From Polaromonas sp. (GTDB lineage Bacteria; Pseudomonadota; Gammaproteobacteria; Burkholderiales; Burkholderiaceae_C): DNA of 64,000 nucleotides. Of the stretch, positions 46,860 to 57,134 are shown piece by piece; position 1 is the stretch's first letter; every line of letters begins with the position of its first letter. Where the stretch lies: assembly GCA_031424795.1 (NCBI GenBank), contig JANPIC010000133.1:12634-76633 (forward strand), in the 5' to 3' direction. The position numbers and the translations under genes were made by a program. The notes beneath the pieces are model-generated. The model saw only the letters and a list, made by a program, of their open reading frames with translations. It did not search any database and was not told where the DNA came from.

Positions 46860-49454
46860 ATGACGCTTATGTCGTTCTGGCATGGTCGGATTAGCTTGCT
46901 TTTTGCAACCTTGTTGGCTTGGGTAATGGGCACTTGGTTGCAGCTGCTGCAAACGTCTTTGAATGATGCTTTATTTTATGCATCATATTTGGCTCTAGCC
47001 GGCGTGTTTGTTGCCTGTATTGCTATAAATGGTAGAGTAAAAAATACGAAAAATAAACACCCATATTTCCACATTTTGTTACCCATTTGCATACTGTTAG
47101 CCAGCGGCTGTGCAGCTTTTGGTTTGACTGGTTTGCGTGCTGTTGCCTACGCCTCGCATCAGCTGTTGCCGGCTTACGAAGGGCGGGACATCCAGGTCGT
47201 CGGGGTTGTCTCTGCCATGCCGCATATCAACGAGATGGGAACACGGTTTCAGCTTGATGTTGAGTCTGCACAATTGCTGACTCTTGCATCTTCAAATACG
47301 GAGCAACTTCAAAGCAAGCAAGTTGTTGAGTTGCCTTCTAAAATTTCACTCAGTTGGTATGGCAGCGTTTTTGGTGCTGTGGAAAATGCGGACGACTTGG
47401 CAACACTGCAGCGCAAACCCATGCCTATTCTTCCCGGTGAACGTTGGCAAATGACGGTACGACTCAAAGCACCGCATGGCAACAGCAACCCAGGCGGTTT
47501 TGACTTTGAACTGTGGCTGTGGGAGCAAGGCATACAAGCGACTGGTTATGTGCGCACGGGCGCAAACGACGTCGCACCCGTACGCATCGCGCAGACCTGG
47601 CAGCATCCAGTTGAACAATTGCGTTACAAAGTGCGAGATGCCATTTTTGCGCGTATGTCATCGCACATGTCACCTTCAGACTCTTTCAAAAATTCAAGTG
47701 AAGCAGGTATCGTTGCCGCTTTGGTGACGGGTGACCAGCAGTCGATTGACCGTGCCGATTGGGATGTCTTTCGCACCACAGGCGTTGCGCATTTGATGAG
47801 TATTTCAGGTCTCCACATCACCATGTTTGCTTGGGGCGCAGTGCTTGTGGTGGGTATGTTGTACAGACGATCAACGCGCTTATGTTTGGCTTACCCCGCA
47901 ACAAACGCTGCTTTGCTGGGCGGTTTGATGCTGGCGACAGGCTACGCGGTCTTTAGTGGTTGGGGTGTGCCATCGCAGCGGACGATTTTGATGCTGGCAA
48001 CGGTAACGTTGCTCAGATTATTTGGCAAACGCTGGCCTTGGCCAACGGTGTGGATGTTGGCTTGCGCCGTAGTGGTTGCGGTTGACCCTTGGGCATTGCT
48101 GCAAGCGGGTTTTTGGCTCAGCTTTGTGGCAGTCGGCGTGTTGTTTGCCACGGATATTTCGACCAATACCCCAAGACTTTCGGATCGCAATCATGCTGAT
48201 GTCGATGCCAATGACAATGCTTCATCAAAATCAAACTTGGCAGCAACATTCAAAAAGAAATTATGGCTAAGTGGTCGTGAGCAGTTCATCATCACCATGG
48301 TGCTTGCACCCTTGACGCTGTTGCTGTTTGGTCAAGTTTCTGTGGTCGGGCTTTTGGCAAATGCTTTGGCCATACCGTGGGTGACGCTGGTTGTGACGCC
48401 CTTGGCAATGCTGGGCGCAATTGCTTCTCCGATGTGGGATTTAGCCGGTTTGGCTGTGCATGTGTTAAGCCGATTTTTAGGTTTACTGGCTGGATTGCCG
48501 TTTGCCACAGTCTCTGTTGCTGTCCCGCATCTGCTGGTGAGTGTTATTGCTATGTTAGGTGGTGTTCTTTTGGTTTTGCCATGGCCTTGGCAACTGCGCC
48601 TTCTCGGCTTCCCTTTGTTGCTGCCAGTTATTTTGTGGCAAGCGCCTCGCCCAGCAGACGGGCAATTTGAATTGATAGCGGCTGATATTGGTCAAGGCAA
48701 CGCCGTCATCATACGAACGGCAAAGCACACGCTGGTGTATGACGCGGGGCCGCGTTATTCCATTGACAGCGATGCCGGTCATAGGGTGTTGGTTCCGCTA
48801 TTGCGGGCGACGAATGAAAGCGTTGATACCGTCATGCTCAGCCACCGCGATATTGACCATTCAGGCGGCATCAAATCTGTGCTGGCCATGCATCCGAAAG
48901 CAAACTTCATCAGTTCAATTGAAAGCACCCATGAATTACAAGTTCTCCGTCCCGTGCAGCGTTGTGTGGCTGGGCAAGCGTGGCAATGGGATGGCGTTGA
49001 TTTTGCTGTGCTTCACCCATCAACGTCAGATTATGAATCGCCACAAAAATCAAACGCCATGAGTTGTGTGTTGCGCATCAGCACGCCACAAGCCAGTGTT
49101 TTGTTGGCTGGCGATATTGAACTGGCGCAGGAAACAAGACTGGTATCAAACCAACAAAACGATGGTTTGAAATTAACGAGTACGATGTTATTGGTGCCGC
49201 ACCACGGCAGCAAAACCTCGTCTAGTGCTGCATTTCTAGAGGCTGTTCAACCGCAGTTTGCGGTCGTGCAAGCGGGTTACAGAAATCGTTTCGGTCATCC
49301 CGCCGCAAATGTTCTGGAGCGCTATAACGGACGCAATATCAAAGTGATAGACACAGCGCATTGTGGAGCAATGCTTTGGAGCAGCTCAACACCGAAGGAA
49401 GCGCGTTGCCAACGTGAAATTGCTGGGCGGTATTGGCATCATCAAGTGCCGTAA
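46860..49454 (+). CDS. comEC: DNA internalization-related competence protein ComEC/Rec2
   Basis: 864 aa. Competence (polytopic) domain with GVAHLMSISGLH, plus a C-terminal metallo-beta-lactamase domain (SHRDIDHSGG). Confidence 0.9.
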   Translation: MTLMSFWHGRISLLFATLLAWVMGTWLQLLQTSLNDALFYASYLALAGVFVACIAINGRVKNTKNKHPYFHILLPICILLASGCAAFGLTGLRAVAYASHQLLPAYEGRDIQVVGVVSAMPHINEMGTRFQLDVESAQLLTLASSNTEQLQSKQVVELPSKISLSWYGSVFGAVENADDLATLQRKPMPILPGERWQMTVRLKAPHGNSNPGGFDFELWLWEQGIQATGYVRTGANDVAPVRIAQTWQHPVEQLRYKVRDAIFARMSSHMSPSDSFKNSSEAGIVAALVTGDQQSIDRADWDVFRTTGVAHLMSISGLHITMFAWGAVLVVGMLYRRSTRLCLAYPATNAALLGGLMLATGYAVFSGWGVPSQRTILMLATVTLLRLFGKRWPWPTVWMLACAVVVAVDPWALLQAGFWLSFVAVGVLFATDISTNTPRLSDRNHADVDANDNASSKSNLAATFKKKLWLSGREQFIITMVLAPLTLLLFGQVSVVGLLANALAIPWVTLVVTPLAMLGAIASPMWDLAGLAVHVLSRFLGLLAGLPFATVSVAVPHLLVSVIAMLGGVLLVLPWPWQLRLLGFPLLLPVILWQAPRPADGQFELIAADIGQGNAVIIRTAKHTLVYDAGPRYSIDSDAGHRVLVPLLRATNESVDTVMLSHRDIDHSGGIKSVLAMHPKANFISSIESTHELQVLRPVQRCVAGQAWQWDGVDFAVLHPSTSDYESPQKSNAMSCVLRISTPQASVLLAGDIELAQETRLVSNQQNDGLKLTSTMLLVPHHGSKTSSSAAFLEAVQPQFAVVQAGYRNRFGHPAANVLERYNGRNIKVIDTAHCGAMLWSSSTPKEARCQREIAGRYWHHQVP
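46991..47035 (-). repeat. Dispersed repeat, copy G (reverse, partial), in-frame near the ComEC N-terminus
   Basis: ggctctagccggcgtgtttgttgcctgtattgctataaatggtag. Confidence 0.7.
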
Positions 49455-49470
49455 CATATGTTTAGCTTAT

Positions 49471-50559
49471 CTATTTTCCCATCTGCTGAGCTACTTCACG
49501 ACCTAGATCAATCACTGACATGGCATAGTAGCTGCTCCAGTTGTAGCGGGTGATGGCGTAAAAATTCTCTGTTCCAGCCACATAGCTAGGCGTATTTTCT
49601 GCAATGCTAGGGTCGCCATTTTGCAGTTCTATCAACGCTAGTGGACCGGTATGTGCAGCACCAACAGCATTCAAATTTGCGCCTTTGGCCATGAAGCTGG
49701 TGACGCTAAACGTAGGCAAAATATCAGGTGCCATCAGTGCATCCATGTCTAATTTTGCAGTATCAAAAGTAACGGGGTAATGCGTTGGCATACCTGGTTG
49801 CCACTTGAAGGCTTTGAAATAGTTGGCAACAGAGCCGATCACATCGGCAGGGCTGGTGAACAAATCGACCTTGCCATCTTCATCAAAATCAATCGCATAT
49901 TTCACCCAGCTGCTAGGCATAAACTGCGGTAAACCCATGGCACCTGCGTAGCTGCCGCGTGGCGACAGCGGGTCAACACCAGAGCGTGAGGTCAGCGATA
50001 AAAAATGTTCTAACTCGCCTTTGAAAAACGCCTGCCGTTCAGCAGCGCGAGGGTGGGATGCAGGGAAGTCAAACGTTAAAGTCGTCAGCGCATCAATCAC
50101 CCGATAGCTGCCCGTATCGCGCCCATAAATGGTTTCAACACCAATGATGCCCACGATGATCTCCGCTGGCACACCGTATTCTTTCTCCGCTTTGGTTAGT
50201 GCCGCCGCATTGTCTTGCCAAAATTTAACGCCTGCCTTGATACGGACAGGGTCAATAAACCGACTGCGATAAACGCGCCAGTTTTTGGCGACACCCCTAG
50301 GAGCTGGCTGCATCAGTCGTGAGATTTGCCCAATGTTCCTAGCTTGACCAATTGCATTCCGTACCCACTCTTTGTCCAAATCGCGCCGTTCAGCAATATC
50401 GTCAGCCATCTGCATGGCCTCTGTGCGTGTGGCGTAGAGTTCGTACTGTGTTGAAGGTTTTGCGCTAACCTGTTTTTTATTGCCAATTTGTGCTGTAGCC
50501 GGCGTATTTATTGCTTGAAATGCTATAAATAGCATAGTAAAAATTAATCTTTGTTGCAT
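49471..50559 (-). CDS. mltB: Lytic murein transglycosylase B
   Basis: GIIGVETIYG and AGAMGLPQFMPSSW motifs. The signal peptide is encoded by repeat copy I. Confidence 0.85.
   Translation of the reverse strand: MQQRLIFTMLFIAFQAINTPATAQIGNKKQVSAKPSTQYELYATRTEAMQMADDIAERRDLDKEWVRNAIGQARNIGQISRLMQPAPRGVAKNWRVYRSRFIDPVRIKAGVKFWQDNAAALTKAEKEYGVPAEIIVGIIGVETIYGRDTGSYRVIDALTTLTFDFPASHPRAAERQAFFKGELEHFLSLTSRSGVDPLSPRGSYAGAMGLPQFMPSSWVKYAIDFDEDGKVDLFTSPADVIGSVANYFKAFKWQPGMPTHYPVTFDTAKLDMDALMAPDILPTFSVTSFMAKGANLNAVGAAHTGPLALIELQNGDPSIAENTPSYVAGTENFYAITRYNWSSYYAMSVIDLGREVAQQMGK
50492..50541 (-). repeat. Dispersed repeat, copy I (reverse on +, forward relative to mltB), encodes the MltB signal peptide
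   Basis: gctgtagccggcgtatttattgcttgaaatgctataaatagcatagtaaa. Confidence 0.85.
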
Positions 50560-50620
50560 TTTAAAAAGGGTTAACTTCTGCTAAGTGTAGATATTCGCAA
50601 TTATTGACAGGTGTTTGGAT

Positions 50621-52660
50621 CTATTTTACAGGCCAAGCGATGTTTTTAAGCCCGGATTTCAAGCTTGCAATATCCGTGTTACGTATGTGTTGACGGTAGC
50701 GAAGTTCTTCAAGCTGGATCAGCCAGGCCGCAAGCGGTTTTGCTGATTCGCCAAAATGGTGGATTGCAATACCAGCAAGCTCTCGCGGGGAAATGCTTGC
50801 CGGACTTGTCAAACCTGTTTTTTCCAGTCGTGTCCGTACTGAAGAAAGCAAGCGCAACCAAGGGTCGTGCTGTCGTTTGTCCCATGTGGTCCATGCGATT
50901 CCGAATAAGCTGGCGGCCACAATGATAGTTATCAAGACATAGCTTAAATCGGTCCAACTCGGTGATGTGAAACCCAGATTTTTTAGCACATTTAATTGTG
51001 TCGCCTCTGAGTAATTCAGAATTTTTTGATTCCACGAGTTGTTCACCGCATCCCATACGGCACGAAGCTGCAGCAATGGGTTGTAGCCAGTGCCGACAGT
51101 ATTTGTCCATAAACTAGCCATCACACCACCGAAAGCACTGCTTGGCGCGCTTAATCGTTGCAGCGAATCTATACGCTGTGGTGAAACGGCCGATGTGGGG
51201 TCAACGCGAATCCAGCTTCCAACGGTGCTGCCATCTTGTTTGCCTGCCTGCCATATCTCCGCCCAAGCATGCGCATCGCTTTGGCGCACCACCCAATAGC
51301 CATCTATCGCGTTGAATTCGCCGCCTTGGTAGCCTGTGACGATGCGTGCTGGGACATTCAAAGCACGCATCAACACCACAAAGGCAGAGGCGATGTGTTC
51401 GCAAAAGCCGGTTTTACGGTCAAACCAAAATTCATCTGCCGTATTATCGCCATACACACCGGGCTCTAGGGTGTATTCGTAACCGCCAGTGCGCAACTTT
51501 TGCATGATTTCGTTAGCCAAAGTTGCCGCGTCTGCTTGGACGAAGCGCACATCACGCTTCATGTCTGCGGCCAGTTGCAGGGTACGTGGGTTGAAGCCTG
51601 CGGGTAGGTCCAGATAGTTTTTGAGACTTGGTTCTGCCTCTTGAGGGCCATAGCTAAACTGTGTGTAGCTTTGCGCTTTGTAGCGAACCAGCTCGGTGAT
51701 GGGGCGGTTGCTGAGCCACTGCAAGTCGGGTGTCATGCGCAACTCGTAGCCTGCTAAGCTGGGCGCAGTCGCCGCCGCATCAACGACAAACAGCCACGGT
51801 TTGTTGTTGGGCTCTAAGCTTACTTCGTAGTTGATCGGCCGGCCGCTTACCCGCAATTTCGCATTCGCAGGATAGTTTTTCGACGGTAACCATTCCCGTC
51901 CATCAAAGCTAGCCAGCACGGGCCCACGCAAGTAGATGTCTTTTGCAGCTGGCGGTTTGTCGTCAAACTTGATGCGCAGAGCGATACTGTCATCCAACGC
52001 CAGCTTGGCAATGGTGCCCACCCGCATGTCTGCACTCAAGCCAGATTTGCCCTGCGCCGGTCCCCCCGGCATGCCCCACAAAGGCGCAAGCCGTGGAAAC
52101 AGCATGAAAAGTACGACCATGATGGGCGCACCCAAGAGCACCATCTTCGCCGCAATCTTAGCCGCCACCATCAACTGTGGTTTGCCCACAGGCATGTGCG
52201 CGTTGACCAAGGCGGTTAACAAACCCATCAACGCTGCCAGCATGGCAAAGGCAGTGAGCAGCGATTGAGAAAACAAGAAATTGCTTAGCATGCAAAAGAA
52301 GCCGAGGAAGAACACCACAAAGGCATCTCGCTGGGCACGCAGCTCTAAAGTTTTGAGCGCCAGCAAAATCACCAGCAAGGTCACACCAGCATCACGCCCC
52401 AATATGGTTTTGTGTGTTGCCAATGTTGCGGCAACGGCTACGATCAGCAAAGTTACCAACCACCAGCGGCCAGGTAACGGCTGAGACTTCCAAGCCAGTA
52501 TGCCCCGCCACACCAATACACCTGCCACCAAGCCACTGCACCACAATGGCAAATGCGCTACCTGCGGCAGCACCACGGTGGTGATGACGAGCAGCAGAAA
52601 CAGCGTGTCGCGGCTGTCTCGCGGCAGGTGGCTCAAGGTGTTGATGAGTTTGCTAAACAT
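50621..52660 (-). CDS. Transglutaminase-domain membrane protein (TgpA-like: DUF3488 plus TGase core)
   Basis: Multi-TM N-terminus and a Cys-His-Asp core (GFCEHIASAFV...DAHAWAEIW). Confidence 0.8.
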   Translation of the reverse strand: MFSKLINTLSHLPRDSRDTLFLLLVITTVVLPQVAHLPLWCSGLVAGVLVWRGILAWKSQPLPGRWWLVTLLIVAVAATLATHKTILGRDAGVTLLVILLALKTLELRAQRDAFVVFFLGFFCMLSNFLFSQSLLTAFAMLAALMGLLTALVNAHMPVGKPQLMVAAKIAAKMVLLGAPIMVVLFMLFPRLAPLWGMPGGPAQGKSGLSADMRVGTIAKLALDDSIALRIKFDDKPPAAKDIYLRGPVLASFDGREWLPSKNYPANAKLRVSGRPINYEVSLEPNNKPWLFVVDAAATAPSLAGYELRMTPDLQWLSNRPITELVRYKAQSYTQFSYGPQEAEPSLKNYLDLPAGFNPRTLQLAADMKRDVRFVQADAATLANEIMQKLRTGGYEYTLEPGVYGDNTADEFWFDRKTGFCEHIASAFVVLMRALNVPARIVTGYQGGEFNAIDGYWVVRQSDAHAWAEIWQAGKQDGSTVGSWIRVDPTSAVSPQRIDSLQRLSAPSSAFGGVMASLWTNTVGTGYNPLLQLRAVWDAVNNSWNQKILNYSEATQLNVLKNLGFTSPSWTDLSYVLITIIVAASLFGIAWTTWDKRQHDPWLRLLSSVRTRLEKTGLTSPASISPRELAGIAIHHFGESAKPLAAWLIQLEELRYRQHIRNTDIASLKSGLKNIAWPVK

Positions 52661-52681
52661 GATTTCTGCAATGAAGTTGGC

Positions 52682-53677
52682 TCAATACAGGGCAAGTGCT
52701 TGCAAACACTGCTGTTGATGCGCTTCACCATTTGCCGGAGAAATCTCGGTTTTAGGCAATCGTAGCCCAGGCAATCGCAGCCCATACACCAAGCCAAGCG
52801 TCTCAGCCTGTACCACCCAAGCACACAGCCGCGAGAGCGAAGCTTCCGTATCTGCACAGCCCGTGCGTGCAAAATCTAGCCACAGCTCTTGCGCAGCTGC
52901 GTGTTGGGTATCGCGGCTGATCAAATCAATGGAAGGGCTGGGGTCATCCGCATCCATGCTCGCCCAGGTTTTGGCAACTTTCTTCCACACAATGTGCTTC
53001 ATGGGGTCGCCACGGCGGTAGGCACGTATGCCGTCAAATTCACCTGTCGCTTTTGTTTGCGCCTGTTTGGCGTCGCCAGACAGCGGCTCGCCAGCCGGCA
53101 AAGCTGGCGCATTGGGCTCAATAGCTGGATAAACCCACACGTGCATCGCAGGGCGTATGACAGTCCACACCCGAAACGTACCCATGGGAAAACGCGTCTC
53201 GGCAGTCAGTGTCGGCAGCCGGTGCTTGCCGCGCGGCATGCCTTGGCCAGCGATTTTTACGGTGGCGCTGCCCTGAGCCGGTACATCTGCCCATGTCCAA
53301 TGCGACAGATTCAGAACACTCATGCCAATGCCGTGTCTGAGGCGCTTTCCTGCACTGCTCAAAACAAGCTCAAAATTAACAATAGCTGGCGTAAAATATG
53401 CCTGAGGTGCTATGATGTTGATAGCTATTCCGCGTAGATTGGCATGTCCAATGTGCATCCCAACCAGCACACTACCACCTATCAAAAACGTCAACAAATA
53501 GCCTAAATTCAACTGGTAGTTGATGCTGGCGACTAACAGCACCAGCAAGGTCACCACCATCATCCAGCCGGCTTTGGTCGGCAAAATGTAGACATTGCGC
53601 TGGTTCAGCAGCATGCTGTCGGTCAACGGCAATCGGGCTTCAAACCATTGCTGAAAGCGTTTGCGAAAGAAGCCCAT
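52682..53677 (-). CDS. DUF58-domain protein
   Basis: Two N-terminal TM helices and the GEFDGIRAYRRGDPMKHIVWK motif. Positioned between the MoxR and TGase genes. Confidence 0.8.
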   Translation of the reverse strand: MGFFRKRFQQWFEARLPLTDSMLLNQRNVYILPTKAGWMMVVTLLVLLVASINYQLNLGYLLTFLIGGSVLVGMHIGHANLRGIAINIIAPQAYFTPAIVNFELVLSSAGKRLRHGIGMSVLNLSHWTWADVPAQGSATVKIAGQGMPRGKHRLPTLTAETRFPMGTFRVWTVIRPAMHVWVYPAIEPNAPALPAGEPLSGDAKQAQTKATGEFDGIRAYRRGDPMKHIVWKKVAKTWASMDADDPSPSIDLISRDTQHAAAQELWLDFARTGCADTEASLSRLCAWVVQAETLGLVYGLRLPGLRLPKTEISPANGEAHQQQCLQALALY

Positions 53678-53686
53678 ATCGAAAAT

Positions 53687-54670
53687 TCAGGACAAAGCGA
53701 CAGCGTCTAACATCGCCCGAACTTGCGCACTGGCATTGCGTCCTGCGCTGCTGACAGGGTGCAAACGGTGCGCTACGGTTTGCACCATCACGGCGCGTAT
53801 GTCATCAGGTGCGACGTAATCTCGTCCGCTCAAGAGTGCCTGCGCTTTGGTTGCACGCAGCAGCGCAATGCCGGCGCGCGGGCTTAAACCTTGCACAAAC
53901 CAATGGCCAGAGCGGGTGGCGGCAATCAGGTCTTGCAGGTAATTTAGGAGCGGTTCAGAGGCATGAATTTGCAGCACTTGCTGTTGCAACAGCGCCAACT
54001 CGGCAGCGGTTAACAGTGCAGGCAGCGCATCGACCACAGTGCGTGTATCGCCATTCGTCAGCAGACTTCGTTCCGCAATTCGGTCAGGGTAGCCTAGTGA
54101 AATGCGCATCAAAAACCGGTCCAGCTGTGATTCTGGCAGCGCATACGTACCCAGCTGATCGTGCGGGTTTTGCGTGGCGATGACGAAAAAGGGTGAGGGC
54201 AGGGCGCGGGTTTCGCCTTCAATGGTGACTTGTTTTTCTTCCATCGCTTCCAGCAGCGCACTTTGTGTTTTCGGGCTGGCGCGGTTGATTTCATCGGCCA
54301 ACAGCACTTGTGCAAACATGGGGCCGGGGTGAAAGACAAACGACTGGCTGGCACGCTCGTAGATAGAGACGCCGCTCAAATCGCTGGGCATCAGGTCGCT
54401 GGTGAACTGCACGCGAGAAAATTGCAACCCAAATGTCCGCGCTAAGGCATGCGCCAAGGTGGTTTTGCCAACGCCAGGCACGTCTTCAATCAGCAAATGC
54501 CCGCCCGCCAGCAAGCAGGCGACGCAGTCTTGCACTTGCTCAGGTTTGCCCACAATCACGCTGTTGAGCTGAGTCAGCAAGGCTTTGAGTTTGCTTTGAG
54601 TGTTATTTTGGATATTGACTTGGGTCATGGTTTTGGGATTTAACGCGTTCACAGGCTTTTCTTGAAGCAT
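53687..54670 (-). CDS. MoxR-family AAA+ ATPase
   Basis: Walker A GVPGVGKT, Walker B LLADEINRA and FFVIATQNP. The start may be the ATG at 54628. Confidence 0.9.
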   Translation of the reverse strand: MLQEKPVNALNPKTMTQVNIQNNTQSKLKALLTQLNSVIVGKPEQVQDCVACLLAGGHLLIEDVPGVGKTTLAHALARTFGLQFSRVQFTSDLMPSDLSGVSIYERASQSFVFHPGPMFAQVLLADEINRASPKTQSALLEAMEEKQVTIEGETRALPSPFFVIATQNPHDQLGTYALPESQLDRFLMRISLGYPDRIAERSLLTNGDTRTVVDALPALLTAAELALLQQQVLQIHASEPLLNYLQDLIAATRSGHWFVQGLSPRAGIALLRATKAQALLSGRDYVAPDDIRAVMVQTVAHRLHPVSSAGRNASAQVRAMLDAVALS

Positions 54671-54721
54671 ATTTTTGCACTATTATGGATACCAGTACCT
54701 TACCGTAAAAATGACAAAATC

Positions 54722-55693
54722 ATGATGACCCCAAGCCACACCATGAGAACTGGTTATTTCACCCACCCCGATTGTCGTAAACACGAAATGGGTCGCGGCC
54801 ATCCCGAGTGCCCTGAGCGCCTGGACGCGATCAACGACCATTTGCTTTACACCGGGCTGCTTGACCATTTGGCGCAACCTGACGTGCCTTTGGTGCCCAT
54901 CAGCGTCGTCGAACTCGCCCACAGCAAGCGCCACGTCGCCGCACTGCGCGGCATGAGCGACGCTTTGGTGGAGGATATCGAGGCTGGCGGCCCCAAATAC
55001 GCGCAAATTGACCCTGATACCGCCATGAACCAGTTCACCTTGTTGGCCGCCCTGCGTGCCACCGGTGCCGCCGTGGCCGCGACCGACGCTGTCATGGCCG
55101 GTGAGCTGGCCAACGCCTTTTGCGCCATCCGCCCGCCTGGCCACCACGCTGAGCATGACCGCTCCATGGGTTTTTGCCTGATCAACAGCGTCGCCACAGC
55201 CGCCAAATACGCGCTGGAGCGCCACGGGCTGGAGCGCGTCGCCATCGTCGATTTTGATGTGCACCACGGCAATGGCACAGAAGACATTGTCAGTGGTGAC
55301 AACCGTATTTTGATGGTTAGCATCTTTCAGCACCCGTTTTACCCGCATTCCGGCGCGGACAGCACGGGTAGCAACATCGTCAATCTGCCTGTACCCGCCT
55401 ACACCAAAGGTGCTGTGGTGCGCGAAATGATTGAGCACGGCTGGATACCGCGCTTGGAAGCCTTCAAGCCGCAAATGGTCTTCATCAGCGCCGGTTTTGA
55501 CGCCCACAAAGACGACGATTTGGGCCAACTCGGCTTGGTAGAGCAAGATTACGCGTGGATCACAGCCCGCATCAAAGACATCGCCAAGCGCCACGCCCAT
55601 GGCCGCATCGTCTCCTGTTTAGAAGGCGGCTACAACCTCAATGCCTTGGCGCGTAGCGTGGAAGCGCATGTGCGGGTGTTGGCGGATCTTTGA
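54722..55693 (+). CDS. Histone deacetylase-family (class II HDAC / acetylpolyamine amidohydrolase-like) protein
   Basis: RPPGHHA, DFDVHHGNGT and EGGY motifs. The ATG at 54722 avoids overlap with the MoxR gene. Confidence 0.9.
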   Translation: MMTPSHTMRTGYFTHPDCRKHEMGRGHPECPERLDAINDHLLYTGLLDHLAQPDVPLVPISVVELAHSKRHVAALRGMSDALVEDIEAGGPKYAQIDPDTAMNQFTLLAALRATGAAVAATDAVMAGELANAFCAIRPPGHHAEHDRSMGFCLINSVATAAKYALERHGLERVAIVDFDVHHGNGTEDIVSGDNRILMVSIFQHPFYPHSGADSTGSNIVNLPVPAYTKGAVVREMIEHGWIPRLEAFKPQMVFISAGFDAHKDDDLGQLGLVEQDYAWITARIKDIAKRHAHGRIVSCLEGGYNLNALARSVEAHVRVLADL

Positions 55694-55708
55694 AATTAAC
55701 AGTCACGC

Positions 55709-57025
55709 ATGACATTATTCACCGCACTCGCGCCAGCCACCTCGCTCACTGTATCTTCTGCCATGCCGACGCAGGACATAGCGCAATGGTTTGCCCAGTT
55801 AGCCACACCAAAATCGCTGCTTGAGCTGGCCGTGCTGGCGCTCTGTGCGGCCTTGGCCTGGGGCTTGCTGTGGCTGATGCGGCGCAGTTTGGCGCATGTG
55901 GACGACAAATCCATTCTGTTTGGCAAGCGCCTGGTGGATGGCGTGCTGTTCCCTTTGTTGCTGTTGTGTTTGGCCTTTGTGGCGCGCGTGGTCTTGCTGC
56001 GCACCATGGAGGTGCATGTGCTGCACATTGCGATACCTGTTTTGCTCGCCTTGGTTGTCATCCGCGTGGGTGTCAAGGTGCTGCAGGTCGCTTTTAAAAA
56101 ATCGCCACTGGTGCGGTTTTTAGAGCGCACTATTTCTTGGGTGGTCTGGCTGGCGCTGGTGTTGTGGATCAGCGGTTTGCTGCCCTTGGTGCTGCAAGAA
56201 ATGGAACAGATTACCTGGCAGGTTGGCGACAGCGCACTGTCTTTGCGCACCATGCTGGATGGCGCACTGACCGCTGGAGCGGTGCTGTTGTTGGCTTTGT
56301 GGGTCGCATCGGCGGTGGAATCCAAGCTGCTGCGCCACGCCAGCGGTGGTGAGCTGTCGCTGCGCAAAGCCGCCAGCAACGCGGTGCGGGCGGTGTTGAT
56401 TTTTGTGAGCCTGTTGTTGTCGCTCAGCATCGTTGGTATTGATTTGACCGCGCTGTCCGTTCTAGGCGGTGCTGTTGGTGTGGGTATTGGCTTGGGGCTG
56501 CAAAAACTGGCGTCCAACTACGTCAGCGGCTTCGTCATCCTGACCGAGCGCAGCATGCGCATTGGTGACTATGTGCGGGTTGACAGCTTTGAAGGCCGCA
56601 TCACCGACATCAAAACCCGCTACACCGTCATCCGCTCAGGCAGCGGGCGTGAATCCATCGTCCCTAACGAAATGCTGGTCACCAACCGCGTTGAAAATTT
56701 GACCCTCAGCGACACCCTGATAGCGCAGCAAACATTGGTGTCCGTGGGCTACGCCAGCGACGTCGCGCTGGTCCGACGCCTGCTGGTAGAAGCCGCGCTG
56801 GGACAAAGCCGCGTCATGGCTGAACCCGCGCCCATTTCAGCTTTGACGGCCTTTGGCGCAAATGGTCTGGAATTTACCTTGAATTACTGGATCACCGATC
56901 CCGAAAATGGCCAGCTCAACATCCGCTCAGACGTCAACGTCGCCATCTTGACCCACTTGCGCAGCCATAGCATCGACATCCCGTACCCGCAGCAGGTGGT
57001 GCATGACGCGAAACCACGGGTTTAG
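55709..57025 (+). CDS. MscS-family mechanosensitive ion channel protein
   Basis: Several TM helices, then the LASNYVSGFVILTERSMRIGDYV beta-domain signature. Confidence 0.85.
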   Translation: MTLFTALAPATSLTVSSAMPTQDIAQWFAQLATPKSLLELAVLALCAALAWGLLWLMRRSLAHVDDKSILFGKRLVDGVLFPLLLLCLAFVARVVLLRTMEVHVLHIAIPVLLALVVIRVGVKVLQVAFKKSPLVRFLERTISWVVWLALVLWISGLLPLVLQEMEQITWQVGDSALSLRTMLDGALTAGAVLLLALWVASAVESKLLRHASGGELSLRKAASNAVRAVLIFVSLLLSLSIVGIDLTALSVLGGAVGVGIGLGLQKLASNYVSGFVILTERSMRIGDYVRVDSFEGRITDIKTRYTVIRSGSGRESIVPNEMLVTNRVENLTLSDTLIAQQTLVSVGYASDVALVRRLLVEAALGQSRVMAEPAPISALTAFGANGLEFTLNYWITDPENGQLNIRSDVNVAILTHLRSHSIDIPYPQQVVHDAKPRV

Positions 57026-57053
57026 CTCGGGGGGCCTCGTTTTAAGCAGACGT

Positions 57054-57090
57054 AAAAAAAACCACCAAATCTTTCGATTGGTGGTTTAGT
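57054..57090 (+). terminator. Probable terminator after the MscS-family gene
   Basis: aaaaaaaaccaccaaatc-tttc-gattggtggttt (one bulge). Confidence 0.5.
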
Positions 57091-57134
57091 TGCTTAACTT
57101 TTAACAGTTTGGCTTGCTAGCTGACAGCGCACCC

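Noticed and set aside
54683-55600. 305-aa ORF antisense to the HDAC-family gene, plus the 54847..55323 ORF.
   Set aside because: The sense frame carries all the HDAC catalytic motifs. The antisense product is a compositionally biased string typical of GC-rich antisense frames.
55696-56517. 273-aa ORF antisense to the MscS-family gene.
   Set aside because: Same reasoning: the sense strand has a clear MscS signature, and the antisense product is Ser/Thr/Ala-rich with no motif.
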